A stretch of 64,000 nt of DNA, taken from contig JBODTK010000141.1 of assembly GCA_050613775.1 (NCBI GenBank), positions 1 through 64,000 on the forward strand, given 5' to 3'. Below the pieces are notes generated by a model. That model searched no databases. It saw nothing but the letters and a program-made list of their open reading frames with translations, and was not told where the DNA came from. The DNA comes from Neocallimastix sp. 'constans'. Lineage: Eukaryota. The translations under genes and the position numbers were made by a program. Positions 39,785 to 56,004 of the stretch are shown piece after piece; position 1 is the first letter of the stretch; every line of letters begins with the position of its first letter.

Positions 39785-42080
39785 ATTTCAAAAATTCATT
39801 AATTCATAATATAATATTATTTTATATTTAATTAACATTTTAATTCAATTTTCAATTTTATGAAATTATTTCAAATCTATATATATCTATTGAACTTTAT
39901 TTAATAAAAAAATTTTTATATGAAATACTATAAAATACTATACATGTTTTATATATATATATAATTTTTTTTCTTGGTAAAGTTATTTAAATAACTGTAA
40001 TCTTTATTTAAAAATAATTATTACATTTCATTAAATACAATAAATATTATTAATATTGTTATTATAAAAGTATTAATATAATTATAATTAAATTTTTGAT
40101 TGAAGTAAAAATTACATCTTTATGATTTTATAGGTTTTATTATTTATGTAATAATAACAATAAAGTGGTAATAAATGTCATATAATCATGTAATTTATTT
40201 TATCTTAATATTAGAAAGATTAATAATACAACAAATAATAAATTATCATTTATTGAAATTTGAAATTTAAATATTTAAATTCCTTAATTTTGAACTTTTT
40301 TAAAGCCTTTTTTTTTTTTTTTTTTTATCTTATATAATATATATATTTATTGCTAGAATTAAATTATTATTAAAAAAATCAATATTATAATTTTATAATT
40401 TAAATATATATATATATATAAAGAAAAAGCGTATCACATTATTAAAATATAGGGTTTTATAAAAAATATTATATCGATATTAAAATTTTTATTATTATTA
40501 TTTTTTTAATATTTAAAAAATTTTTTTATTATGATAAGATAAAAAATATAATAAAAAACATTGATTTTAAATAAAAATGTATTATTTATAATAAGTTCAT
40601 TTATAATATTTTTAAGGTTTATGAGAGATCCATATATGAAAAACTTTAAATTTTTAAAAATTATTTAAAAATAAAATAATTAAATTTATATCTATGGTTA
40701 ATTTAAAGTAATTATAAAGCAAAATTATTATGATAATAATATAAATATGTATAGATAAAAAAAAAAAAAAAAAGAGTAAAAAAAAAAAAAAAAAAAAAAA
40801 TATTAAAATAAAATTAAAATACAATAAAATTATATTAAATCATATAAAATAAATATTACACATAATTAAATATTTAAATATAATATAAATATAAACTATT
40901 ATAAAATTATATTTATACATAATGGTGAAATATGAAATATATGAAATTTAAGTTAAACTATGAAATATAAATTTAAATTAAAAGAATAATAATAATAATT
41001 TACAAATTATGATAATTATTAGTCTTCATAATATTTTATTGTATAATGATTAAATACATTTCAAAAATAATTATTAATAGAATTTATGAAAAAACTAATT
41101 TTATATAATATGTATATATGGAAATATATATACAAACTGTAATTGATGTAAGTAAATTATATATACCTTTTTTATTTTTTCTTATGATATTTTATTTAAT
41201 GATTAAACACTTTTCATTTAATAATTAATAAATGCTTTTAAAATTAATTATTAATAGAATTTATATCAACTAATTTTAATTACATATATATGTTGAAAAC
41301 ATATTCAAACTATAATTTATATTAGTAAATATATATATATATATTTTTTTTATTTTTTTTTTTTTAAAAAAATACAATTACTCACATTTTATATTTTTGT
41401 TGCTAGTATGTGTTATTATTTTATAGATTGTTTTATGAAAAACATATAATAAATATTATAATTTTTTTTAATAAAATTTAATTAACATATATATATTTGA
41501 CATAATAAAAACGTTCCAGTTTTAATTCTATTACATTTGTAAATTAAAAACATTATTAATAAAATAATTTGAATATATATATGTAATGATATTTAATAAA
41601 AAAGGGATTAATCAATAGTTTATATATAGATTCATATAGATCAAATATTCTCAATTATATAATATATATATGATTATTAATATTCGTTATCAGGAGTATA
41701 ATCTTCATTAATATTATGAAATAATATATATAAAGAGAGATCCTTTTAAAATTGGGAAATATATATAATATATATATAAATTTATATATATAAACATTTG
41801 CACAAACTATTTACAACGAGAAAGCTTGAAGTTACATTTATATGTATTCAATAATAATGAAAATATAATAAAAATATTACAATATCAAAGTTATCTATAT
41901 TCATTTATATAACTAATATTTTTATTTTGAAATAAAAATAAAGATTTAGTTTATATAATAAAAATATTTTTTAATATAACTATCATAAATAAAATAAAAA
42001 AAAAAAATTAAAAAAAATACTAAAATAATAATAATAATAATAATTAATGTTTTAATACATCAAGAATATTACAATACTAT

Positions 42081-42112
<32 letters not shown>

Positions 42113-42386
42113 TTATAAAAAAAAAAAACAAAGAAGCAAAATAAAATATTGAATAATAATACTTTTAACTCATTACTATTATTTAAAATTTTCGAATAAT
42201 ACTTTTATTGATCATTAAAATTTCTTTCAAACGGTGAAAAAAAAAAACTAAAAAAAAAAAAAAAAAAAAAAATAACAACAATAATAACAACAACAACAAA
42301 AAAAAGAAAGTACTTAATTAAGAGCATATATAAAAATACATAAATATATATATATATAAACATTAAACATATAACATTATTATATA

Positions 42387-44426
42387 ATGGCATCAAATGG
42401 AAATGGAAAATGTTGTATATGTTCAAAAGCTGTGTAAGTGTATTTTTTCATGAAGAAGATAAAACTATTATAGTATTAATTATGATAAATCATATCAAAA
42501 AAAAAAAAAAAAAAAAAAGCAATATTAAAATGAAAACTACATATATATATTTATTTAAAACATATATTTTCAATAACAAATTTAAATTAAAATTAAAATT
42601 ATAACAAAAAAAAAAAAAAAAATAATATATAAAATTTAAATATTAATTAGATATGCTACCGAATTAATGGTGGTTGATGAAAGAGAATATCATAAAGGGG
42701 TAAATATTAAGAAATTTATAATTTACTTAATAAAAAAAAAAAAAACATGCTATTTAATATTATATAAATATATTATTTTATTAAATATCTAATTAAAATT
42801 ATATTATAATTTATTAAATTCAGTGTTTTCGATGTAATATATGTAATAGACCAGTAACTATCACTTCATATACTGTAAATATCTAAATTAAAATTTATTC
42901 TTTTTATTATATCTTTAAATGATTGTAGTAAAAATTAAATATATTTTTATTTTATATAAATTTTAAATAAAATACTTTTTTTTTTTTTTTATATATATAT
43001 ATTTCATATTACAGTCCTATAATGGTGAAATATATTGTAAAACTCACAAACCATCAATTGGTATATATTTAATTTATTTAAAACTTTTTTAAATGAATTT
43101 AAATATTATAAAAATTTATTAATAAGAGTAAATAATAATAATGTGGAATAATATAAATCAAATATATTTGATTTATATTAAATAATAAAATATAAAAATA
43201 ACGAAAAAAATAAAGATAAACAAAAAAACGTGAAAATTTTTATATTAATACCTGTAATAAACAATAATAATATTAATAATAATATTATTAATAATAATAA
43301 AATAAATAATATATAATAATAAAATAAATAATATATAATAATAAAATAAATAATAAATAATAAATAATAAATAATAAATAATAAATAATAAATAATAAAT
43401 AATAAATAATAAATAATAAATAATAAATAATAAATAATAATAATAAATAATAAATAGTAATAATAATAATTATAATAAATATTAATATGGGAAATTTTTT
43501 TAGATTCTAAAAGTCCAGAACCACTATCAAGATTGCATAGTATTTCATATGATAGTTCAAACACACCACCGGCGCTAAAACATGCTAGAAATCAAACGGC
43601 ACCTCCTCTATTATTTAATAGATCAGGATCAATCAAAGTTCATGATAATGATAATAGAAGTAATAATAATATATTAATTTTTATATTATTCAAATAATTT
43701 ATTATTTATTATTTTTTCAATTTTGATTGTTATTATTTATAATAATTAATATATATGATCAAATTATATACATATTTTACATTATTCATATTATTATTTT
43801 ATTTAATAAATAAACAAACAAACGAACATATATATATATATAGATTCAGCAGAAAATGTGTATTCACTTAAAAATATATTTGAAAAAAATGAATCTGATC
43901 CACAGTCACCGACATTTGATAGAATAGAATCATTAAAAAAAGAAATTCAGCAAAATAATAATAGTAATAATGAAATTTTATATAGACCCCTATCAAAAGC
44001 AAATTCTCTAAGGATAAAGAAATTAAATTCAGGAGATCACGGTGAAAAAATGGAAAAAATTAGTAAAATACTAAGTGAAATTGATGAAAATTGGAATGAA
44101 TTTGAAAAAACGAACTCGGAGTATGTTAAACAAACTAAAACATCAGAAGACAAAAATGAAATAGAAAATGATGATAAAGCAAATAAAACATCAAAAAATG
44201 AAGAAGAACAAGAAGAACCAATATTGACAGAAGAAGAAATAAAAGAAAAAATATCAAAAAGTGAAAAAGAAATGGATGAAACTATCCGAAGAATTGAAAC
44301 ATATATTAGTAAGTTTTATGAACGAAAAAATGAAGCAAGTAGCCCAGAGAGTTCAATAGAATCATTTTTAGAGGAATATTCAATAGAATCGTCAGGAAAA
44401 CCCTCAACATTTGTAAAGATTTATAT

Positions 44427-44458
<32 letters not shown>

Positions 44459-47400
44459 ATTTTATTTTTCCTATAAAACAAAAAACAAAAATATTAAGTT
44501 CTTAAAGAAAAAAGAAAGATCTTTGTATTTATTTATTTTTTTTTAATTATTTATTTGGTTATATAAACCTATATATCGAAAATTATATATCAAATAGAAG
44601 GAAAATAATATAATTGGTGGTATAAATAATATATTTAAGAAAAATTCAGAAAGAGGTGTTCAATCTAATGCTAATAAAGCGAATGTAATTTGGATAAGAG
44701 CAATGGTAAATTTCAAATAATTATATATATATAATCATATTATATATTTTATATTACACACATTTTCATTATTTTTCATAATTATATATATAATAAATAG
44801 TATATTTAAATACAATTGGTTTATTAAAAAAATATTTTTTATAAAAATAAAATATTACGAATATTTTGAAAATAATGTTATATGTATATATTAAACATTA
44901 ATAAAACTAAAATATAAATGACATTAATTCTAAATAGGATGATCTAAATTATGATAAACCTGGAAATGGTCAAACTATTAAAAAACAAAGTAATAGTCAT
45001 AAAAAGTATTTAACATCTACGTCAATACAAGATTATTTAAATATTGCATTCGAAACAAGAATTTCAGATAAAAGAACATTAAAACAAATTATAAAATCAA
45101 TGGAGCAATTTTGTAATGAAATAAAACATGGATGTGAATCAAATAAAAATAGGCCATTAGTTGAATCACTAGCATCACCATTAAAATTTCTTATTGAAAC
45201 ATTAAATTCTTTATATACAAAAATAAGAGGAATCATTCATACTGTGAAATTAACAAAATTTATTAATCTTTTGGTCTCAGTTGAAGACATATTAATAAAA
45301 GAAGGTTTTCAACGAATACCCGAATCTTCATCACAAACTGAATATAGTGAACTATTACAAAATGCTGTAATTGATTTTTATAGTATTCTTAAAAAATTTT
45401 TTTTATATTTTACTACAAATATATTCAAAGAGACAACTGTTATTAATTATACTAATTAATATTGTTATAATATTATTATATTTATTAAGTGTGCTACTCT
45501 AATAAATTATTCAAAAAATATATTATTAAGATATATTAGACTGAAAGAAAAAGTAATATAATATTTTGTAATTAGTCTTTTATTTTATTTTATTATTTTA
45601 TTTTATTTTATTTTATTTTATTTTTGTTTTTATTTTTTGTTTTTATTTTTTATTTTTTTTTTTTTTTAATTTTTTTTTTTTATTTTATTATATTTATTCT
45701 ATATTTAAAAAAAAAAAAATAAATAAAAAAATTAATGTTTTTGAATACATATATATAATGTATATATAATGTTTATATTAATTAAATTTTAGATGAATGT
45801 ATTTGAGAGGGATACTTTCAGAATAGAGATTATATCAAATTGTGACGATGTTACTTTATCATATCAAGATAGTGTTCTTGATCGATTAAATACTGATGCT
45901 AAATTATATAGAACTTCATTTATTGATCAAGGTAAAAAAAAAAAAAAAGCCTTATTAATTCCTTTTTTTTAATTAATAATAATGTCATTAATATAAACAA
46001 AATATATTTATTTATATATAAAAAAATAAAAAGAACATAGAAATTATGTTGGTAATCAACCATGTTTAGGAGGTCCATTTATTATATCTATTAAAAAATT
46101 GAAAAAAAATCAAACTATCGATGTAAAGGCAGAAGATAATGCTGCATATCAAGCTATTGTTAGAATTAAGGATGTATGTGTATTCTTTATTTTAATTAAA
46201 TAATTATATATTTCAAATAAAAATATAATATTTAAATTACTTTATTAAAAAAAAAATAAATATTAGTATTAATATTAAATAAATTATTTATTAATATTTT
46301 ATACAAAAATTAAAAATAAATTATAGGTTCCAGAAATAATTGCATTGATTCCATCAGTTACTGTACGATCACAATCAAAAATTCGTTCATCAACATCATG
46401 GAAATCCGTATTACAAGCAATTCATCCTGAAATGAATGTTAATAGTGTATGTAAAATAAAAGAAAAAGATAAAACATTCCAAAAAAGACTGACAGATTTA
46501 GATGAATTTCAGGTAAATTATTATTATAAATTTATATATTTACATGAACATATTAACAAATAAAAAAAAAAAAAAAATTTTTTTCAGTTTTTTTTTTTTA
46601 TATTAATATCTAATATCATCATTTTAATAATTTAAAAATAATTAGTGTGTTCGAAAATTCAAATTTGGTATTTTATATGCAAAAGAAGGTCAGAAATCTG
46701 AAGAAGAAATGTTTAATAATGGTATATATTTTGTATTATATATATAAAAAAAAAGCTTTTTCATTATTATTATATATTATATATATTATTGTATTAATAA
46801 TATTATTTTAATTAAAAAAATAATTAATAAAGAAAATGGAAGTAGAACATTTTATGAATTTCTATCGATTCTTGGTGATACAGTAGAACTAAAAAATTAT
46901 TCTGGATATGCAGCTGGTTTGGATTGTCAATATGGTAATACAGGAAATAGCACAGTTGTAACAAAAGTGAGTGTTTATTATATATATATGTAAATATAAA
47001 TTCATATATATATGTATACATATGCATTAAATATAACATTGATAATATTATATATATTACTTTATAAATAAATTAAAATATAAATTTTTTTAAAAAAAAA
47101 ATGTTTTTTTATATAGTGGAGAGATTATGAAGTAACATATCATGTATCTACTATGTTACCTTATGATAAAGAAGATAGACAACAAATTCAAAGAAAGAGA
47201 CATATAGGAAATGGTATAACTAAAAAATATTTAGATAACTGTTATAATAAAGATATTAATTATACTTATTTTTATGTTTAATATTTATTTTTATAATTAA
47301 AACATAAAAAATAAAAAAAAAAAAATTTTTTTTTCATAAAATTAGATATTGTATGTTTTATATTTTTGGATGGTAAAGCAAAATTTGATCCAGGTACAAT

Positions 47401-48181
47401 CATATCACAATTTTTACATATTTTTATTGTTGTTCAACCATTACAACCTGAAGAAAGTTTAGGTATAGGATATAGGGTTACTGTAGTATCAAAAACTGAT
47501 GTTCCTATATTTGGACCACCACTTCCCCCTTCAGGTATTTTCCACAATATTTCATCATTAAGAGACTTCTTATTAGCTAAAAGTATTAATGGTGAATTTG
47601 CAGCCTATATGGCTCCAAAATTCTCCAAACCACAATTAAGAACTCGTGGTGCTTTAATAGAAGATTTAGTTAAAGATTACTACGATGTTTCCAGTATTAT
47701 TAATTCATCTCTTTCATTAAATAATATGTCAAATCAAGGAACAAATAACAATTCTCAATCCCCAACAAATATATCATTTGATGATGGTGTCATATCAACA
47801 AATCGAAAAGGAAATGCACCATCAATAACAGCTGTTGAAGAAGAGGAAGATGAACCAGTAATGAAAAAATCACATAGTACAAATAATTTAAATAGCAGTG
47901 AAAAGGTAACCAGTGAAATAAAGTTAAATCGGTACGATTCATGTGATTCCATTTCAATGAAAAATCAAAACTCAAAAAATAATTGTAAATTGAACAAAAA
48001 TAAATAATAATATATTCAATTATGTATTATAACAATAATAAATAAATATATAAATAAATAAATAGTATTAATAATAATAGTAATAAAAATAATAATAATA
48101 GTAATAAAAATAATAATATAATTATAATAATAATAATAATTATAATAATAATAATAATAAAAATAATAATAATAAAAATAA

Positions 48182-48223
<42 letters not shown>

Positions 48224-48236
48224 TAACAACAACAAC

Positions 48237-48283
<47 letters not shown>

Positions 48284-48673
48284 TAATAATAAAGAATTAA
48301 CATCAAAATAAATAAATAAACATTTAAAAATAAAAGAAAATATTTAAAATAATAAATACATTTAATTTAAAGACTAAACTTAATTAATATATATATTATA
48401 TAAATTTATTATACATTATATTAGTAATAACTAGATCTCAAACTTCCGTATCCTCAGATAATGGTAATAATAAAATAAATATAATAATAATAAATAATAA
48501 TAAATAGTATAAATATATTTAATTATCTCATTTTTTATTTAAATTCAATATTAATTTATTAATAACACATATATATATTTTAAAAAAAAATAGAAAAGAA
48601 AAAATCCTTGGGTTCATTAATATCATCGATAAGTAATATGGGAAAGGGAAAACCTCATGGACCACATCAATAA
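42387..48673 (+). CDS. N-terminal LIM domain + C-terminal Rap/Ran-GAP domain protein, multi-exon
   Basis: [15 protein letters not shown]...[12 protein letters not shown]...|..YCKTH on exons 42387-42433, 42651-42699, 42824-42874 and 43015-43060. RapGAP motifs [34 protein letters not shown] (catalytic Asn, ~47211) and [10 protein letters not shown]. The last small exons are less certain. Confidence 0.88.
48120..48292. repeat. (AAT)n intronic microsatellite
   Basis: Directly visible. It explains the poly-Tyr ORF at 48016-48306. Confidence 0.9.
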
Positions 48674-49318
48674 TCAAATAATAAATAAATAAATTAAAAA
48701 ATTAAAAAAAAAAAAAATAATAATAAAATAGTAATAGTAAATAAATAATAAATAACAATAATAATATTTTTAATAATTAAAAAAAAAAAAAAAAAAAAAA
48801 ATAATTATAAATAAAAAATATATATCTTATTTTATTTCATTTTTTTTAATATTATTATTATTTATATATATAATAATTATCTAATATATATATAATTTTT
48901 TTTTTTTAATACAAAATAATAGAAATACAAATATAATAGAAAAAAAAAAAAAAAAAAAAAAAATAAAGATAAAAATAAAAATAAAAAATAAAAATAAAAA
49001 TAATATTAAATAATAATGTCAAATTATTATTAACAAACTAAAAAAAAAAAAAAAAAAAAAATACTTTAATACTTTTTAAATATTATTTATATTTGCTATG
49101 ATTAATATAAATGATATAACAAATAAAATAAATTATAAATATAAAATATTATATTTAAAAAATAAAAAACAATATTATGTAAAATAAATGTTAATTTATT
49201 ACTATTAATAACTCATTTATTATATTTATATTTATTTTTTTTTCTGAAAATTAGTAAATTTCAAATTTGTAAATTCTTCCATTATTTTAAATCTTTATTA
49301 ATATTCATAAATTATATA

Positions 49319-49369
<51 letters not shown>

Positions 49370-49830
49370 CATTATTATTTATTTATTTATTTTATTTATT
49401 TATTTAGATATTTCATTAATTATTTATGATAAACTTTATTGCTATATATATATATATATATATATTTTAAATATTTTGTTTATTTTGTTTAAATAAATAT
49501 ATTTTATTATTATTATTATGATTATTTGCTAATTGTTAAACTGTTACAAAATTTAAAGGGATGAATATAAAAAATATATATAGTAGTATGGTATATATAT
49601 AAATATTATATTTAAAAACAAATACACTGTTATTTTTTAATTGAGTTTAATATATAATATTTCATAATTTTATATTTATTTATTTAATATATTAATTTAT
49701 TTACTTAATAATAATTATTAATATTAATGATATTTTTTTAATGTTATTATTATTTTCCTCCTTAAATATATTTATATTTATTCTTGGAAGTTATTACAAA
49801 TATTATAAGTAAATATATTTATTATATTCA

Positions 49831-50941
49831 TCATTGAAATTCATGTTTAGGATAATGATATCCATCACCGATACTATAAAACAAATAATAATATAATTTG
49901 TATAAATTAATATAAGGAAATTTAAAACTTTCAATTTTATATTACTTAATAGTTAATAAAATTATAATTAAACTATGAAATAATTTAATAAGAATATATA
50001 TATATTTATTAATACTTACGAGGAAGGTACTGGTATAAACCAACGTTTAGGGTCTTTACCAAACACTTGATAGAAATTATCTAATTTTCCAATATCATAT
50101 GGGTTATGTAAAATACTCTTTGGTATATTTTTTGGACTATCTGATACAAAGAATGGTGAACGATTTCTTGGACTATCATATTCCTTAATTTTTGCATTTA
50201 ACTTATCCTTTTTTTTTTTTAATTCTTTTCTTTTTTCTTCAATATTTGGATCAGAAGGTGAATTATTGATCAATTCTTCTAACTCATTAACTTCATCTTT
50301 CATTTTATCAATTTCTCTTTTACCATTATCTCTTATAATATTAAAACGATATCTACGAATTCTTCTTTGTTTATCAAATAATTCTAAAGTAGTAGCATTT
50401 CCCAATAGATTTTGATAAATGTGAGTAACACAGAAAATTAAAACTGATACTCCTAATACAAATGATAAAAAGATATGAATAATCCAGAGTTTCTTGTGAT
50501 CTGGGAAAAATATAAAATCATCAAATAACTTTAAATAGATTTTATTAAAATAAATAAAACAAAACAAAAACATAAATAAAAGTATAAAAAAAAAAATAAA
50601 AATAAAATTAGTTATTAAAGATTTTTATAAATATGAATAATCTATAAATTTTCTCAAATATCATTTATAAAATGAAACAGTATATATATATATTTTAAAT
50701 TTATCATATATAATTTACTCTATCTGAAAATGGGAAATCTATAACAAATGAAATAAAAACTGTTAGGAATTGGAATAAAATAAAAAATGAACCATAGAAA
50801 AGGAAAAGAATGAAATATTTATAATTATAGAAACCAACACAATTACTTAACCTAAATTTAATTATTTTTATTATAATGAATGTTTAAAACAGATTTATAT
50901 ATATATAATTAATATAAAATAATAATAATAATAATTACATA

Positions 50942-50974
<33 letters not shown>

Positions 50975-52757
50975 ACCATGGACAATGACTAGTTATTAAT
51001 TTTGTTTTGAAATAATATATTGATAGATAGATAATCAGTTATAATAAAAATTTAATATTAATATAAAGTAATATTAATTAATTTATTTGTTTTAATATTT
51101 TTTTTATAAAAATTAAAATTAAATATTATTATTTTCATACTGATCCATTTTTAAGACACATCTAAAATAATAATTAATTTAATAAAATAATAATAAAAAT
51201 ATATATACAATTAATAATTGTTTATTCAATATTTATTTATATATTCTTTTAAATATAATATATATACCTATTACAAACCGAGCAATGATGAGTTCTGTTC
51301 AATTTAAAATATTAATATATTTTATAATATTATATTATTTTATTAATAAATATTATACTTTTACGTATTTATATATTTGTGTAATTTTTAAACTATTGAT
51401 TAAAAAATATTAAAAATTATACAAATAATTTTTTAATCAATAGTTTAAAAATTACACTATTTACATATTATATATAAATATAAATATATATATATATTTA
51501 TTATTTATTTTTTTTTTTTTTATTGTAATTTTTAAATATTACGTAGTTTACCTTTCTGGTTTAAATCCTAAGCACTTTTTACATACTATACTATTCATTT
51601 CTTCTTCATTTTCAATATTTCTTCTATTACTATTAGAAGGAATTTCCTCTTCAATAGATTCATTAGAATTACTATTTTTATTGAATTTTTTGATATTTCT
51701 TTCAATTATTCTATCATTATCAATGTCAATACTAATCTGGTCTTTTTTATTGACAGAACGGTTAAAAACTGTATTTTCTAAATTTGGTTTTTCGTTTAAA
51801 AATGAAACAGTTTGTTCTTTTCTTGTGGAACTGCTATTTAATGGATTAATTAAAGCTTCTGTACTATTTTGTTCATTTGCATTTGAGGAGGATGCGATTT
51901 CTGTTGATTGAATATCTATTGAATAATTATTATTATTTTCATTGAATTTATTATTTATAATTAAAGAATCTGAAGAGAAATGATTAAAATTAGCATAAAT
52001 AAAAGTAATTAAAAGTAATATATTATAATTATTATCATTATTATTACCACTATTGTTTAGTTTTTCTTCGTTCTTTAATAAAGCACCAGTGGAATGCTGA
52101 GAACTGTTGGTAGATGTAGATTCATTCATTTTTTTTAATTCTGGTATTTCTTCAAGAGTAGTGTAATAAGAAGCTAATTCATCTCTTGATAAAACATTTA
52201 TTACATCCTAAAAATTTCAAATATTAAATAAAATTTATTGTTTGTATTGATTTTATTAAAAAAGAATTTTATATTTATATTTCAATAAGAATTAATAACA
52301 ATACGATATTCATCAATTTTTTTTTTTTTTTTTAATTTTTTTTATTTTATAAGACTTTAATGAATATAATTAATACCTTTGTTGGACATCCTGGATCTGT
52401 AAATGTGACCATATTATAACTATATACAAAAATTACCAATAATACATTATATATAATTAAATATATAATACTTTGTACTATATGACCTTCTGAAATTAAG
52501 GTCCCTTTTTTTATATTAATTAATAATTATTTAAAAAATTAAAATATATTATTGTATTTTTTTATAAATTAATATTTATAGAATACATGTTAATAAATAT
52601 CATAAATATCATATAATAATAATATATTTATATATATAAAAATTATTAACTTACAACAATAATTAAAAATATAATCAATAAATGAAGCCAAAACTAATCC
52701 ATATACAAATAAAATTGGTAAATACTGACCAAAACTTTTTCTTAAATACATTGTCAT
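49831..52757 (-). CDS. DHHC palmitoyltransferase (Pfa3/ZDHHC2-like), multi-exon
   Basis: Spliced Cys-rich domain CKKCLGFKPER|THHCSVCNR|CVLKMDH|HCPW|LSNCVGFYNYKYF. Also DPG after TM2, a TTLE motif, NPYDIG..NFYQVFG and a C-terminal GDG. Start MTMYLRK at 52757, stop at 49831. Confidence 0.9.
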
Positions 52758-54363
52758 TAAATTATTATTATATGTTAATTATTTCAAAATTTTTAATGAT
52801 TCGGTATTATTTAATTTTTTTGCTAATTATTTAATTTATTTGTTAGTTATTTATTTATTTGCTATTTAATTTATTCTTTTGTTATTTATTTTATTTGTTT
52901 GTTATTATTTAAAAGGAATTGAAAGAATTTATATTTATGTATTTAACGAGTGCATTGAATTTAGTTAATTTTAATTAGAAAATTGATATCTATTATTGTA
53001 TATTAAATAATAAATAATTATGAAAAATATCAAATTTTTTGCAATTGTTTATTCTTTTTTATTTTTATTTTTATTTTTTATTTTTTTTTTTAATTTTATA
53101 TATAAATGTATGTATATTTTTTTATTAGCTGATAATTAATACTTTTATTAATATATTTTAAGTATAAAACAATTTTTATACTATAAATAAATAATAATAA
53201 AACTCTATATTGAAATTTCCTTAATTAATGAAAGGATTCAACAAAGAAAAAAAAATTTCTTTTTTAAATATTTTTTTATTTTTTTGTATTTTTTAAATGG
53301 AAATTCTTTCTTTAAATACTTTATTCCAATTTACTTTCAAAAAAAACAAGATTAAATAAAAAAAGAATAAAAGAAGTATTTTTTTTTTATTGCCGAAAAT
53401 TAAAGTAATAATAATAAAATTTATTATTAATTTATATTTGTCAATAAAAAAAATAATAAATTATTATATTATGAATAAATTATTAAATCAAATAAAAAGG
53501 TTTATTAGTAATAATACTTTATTCAATAAATTTAATATATTATTAATATATAGATTAACATATTTTAATGTATTGTTTTTGTATTAATAAATACATTAGT
53601 TTATTGAGTTTGACTTTAAATAAAATATTTAAAATCAAACTTTAAGAATTATTATTATTAATAATAAATGATATAAAAAATTAGATAATGATGAAAAAAT
53701 AAAAAATGATAATTTATGAATTTCAGTTAATATTTTAGAATTTTAAAATATATTAATCATAATACAAATGAAAAAATTTTTTTTAGATATTTAATAATAT
53801 TTAATAACTAAATAACTAATAACATCTAAAGTAAAAAGAAGTTTAATTTTTGGTGTTATATACGGAACATTATATTAATAAATATTTAATAATTAATATT
53901 TAAAATTATTTTAGTTTGAATATTATATAATTAGACATTTTAAATTGTGTAACCTTACATTAATATATATTATATTAAATTTTATTTTTTAAATCATTCC
54001 TCTTTTTTTTTTTTTTTTAAAAAAGAAAACAAAATAAAATAAAAATATTAAGAATGATATGATAAATAAAAAGTTTTATATTCGATATAAATAATAAGAA
54101 AGATTATTTTTTCTTTCAAATGTTAATAATACCTTTTACCATCATGCTTTTAATTTTTAAAAAAATTAAAATTTAAATTTAAAAGAGAAAAATAATTTTT
54201 TTTTTTATATTTCCAATGTTAAATAATAATGGAAAATACTCTCTTTTTTTTAAATATAAATCATTATTCATAATTCAATTTCAGAATATATAATATTCTA
54301 ATAATTAGTTGATTAATTAATATCTAATAATAATAATAATAATAGTACAATAAAATTAAAAAT

Positions 54364-54395
<32 letters not shown>

Positions 54396-54540
54396 TATAA
54401 TATTTCGAATTATATGAATCTTCTATGAAAAAAAAAATTAATAAAAAACTAATTTAATAATTAATAAACTATTTATTAATAATAATTTTTCTTCGATGAT
54501 AAATTGCTTTTTAAGAACGTAATTATTATTTTATTAGAGT

Positions 54541-54620
54541 TTAATCAAATATCAGGTAATAAAAAATTTAAAATATTTTTAATCAAATATCAGGTAATAA
54601 AAAATTTAAAATATTTTTAA
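54541..54620. repeat. 39-bp tandem duplication
   Basis: ttaatcaaatatcaggtaataaaaaatttaaaatatttt occurs twice in succession. Confidence 0.85.
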
Positions 54621-55613
54621 ACGTTCATAATAATTTAAATATTTTTAAGATAAAATATATATCTATTTAATTTTAAAATTTTCAATCCTAAATTAACACT
54701 GAATATTAAGTTTTATAAAAAAAAAAATAAATTTAAAATAAAATAAATATTGATAATAATAATCAAATTATATTAATAATCAAAGAAAAAATATAATAAT
54801 ATTATTATTTTTCATAATAATAAAATAGAAAATAAATAGATTATAATTTGTAATAAATTATTTGAATAGAAAAACATAACAAAAAATTTAAATATATAGT
54901 ATAAATTTAAAATATATATTAAAATTTTTTTTATAATTAAAAATATTTTTTTTTTATTAATTTATATAAATAATAATAATTCATGAGGTTATTGTTATTT
55001 TATTATCTAACAATCCAATTAAACTAAATATTATTATTACAAAAATAAAATAAATAAATTTCTAAAACAAATTACTATTAAGTATTTAAATAGATAATTA
55101 TGTTTATTAAATTGAATTCAATGGTTCAAAAATAAAGTCTAAAAACTAAAATAATAATTATAAAAAATAGTAATTGAAATTATTATATAATAAGCTTTAA
55201 AATAAATAAAATAATAAAATAAAAGGGAAGGAAAAGGAAATCATTATTATTTATTCCAAATTATACAACATATACCAAATATAAAAGATAGAAAAAAAAA
55301 ATAAAATAAACATAAAAAAGTATTAAAATTAATTTAACAATCAATATTTATTATATTATATTATATTATATTATAACAAGTTTATGTCATTTATATTTGT
55401 ATACCAGTAAATAATAAAAATTATATTTGATAGTGTAAATTTAATCAAATCACATAATAAATTTATTGTATATGAAAATTAGAAAAACTAAAAAATTAAT
55501 TAAAAATAATAAAATAAATCAACAAGGAAAAATAATATATATAAATGTTATAATATTATTATAAACTATTTATAAAAATTTATAAATATATGTATAAATA
55601 TTTAATAAATAAA

Positions 55614-55933
55614 ATGAATACAGTTACAAAGAAAAAAATATTAACACCAGTAGTAGAAGTAATATCAGAATTAATAATATTAAATGAAGAAGTTACTGAA
55701 AATAAATCAGATTTTCCCGATATAACAGAATTTGCAATTGAAGTTTCAAAGCAAATTGAACAAGTCGTAAATATTGGTTATTCTTACATGAATAGTATAA
55801 AAGAAGATGCCATACTTCAACAAAAAATGCCTGAAGGGTGCAATGAAGGTTAATTTTTAATAAAAAAAATAAATAAAAAATACCTTATTTTTTTTTTTTA
55901 ATTTTTTTTTTTAAAATTTTATTTTTATTTTTA

Positions 55934-56004
<71 letters not shown>

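Noticed and set aside
41080..41350. Diverged ~130-bp local duplication; similar short duplications at ~27246-27310 and ~33388-33483
   Set aside because: These are real but ordinary slippage-type duplications in AT-rich spacer with no further structure.
43178..43564. 128-aa minus-strand ORF
   Set aside because: It is mostly intronic heptamer repeat, antisense to the LIM-RapGAP gene.
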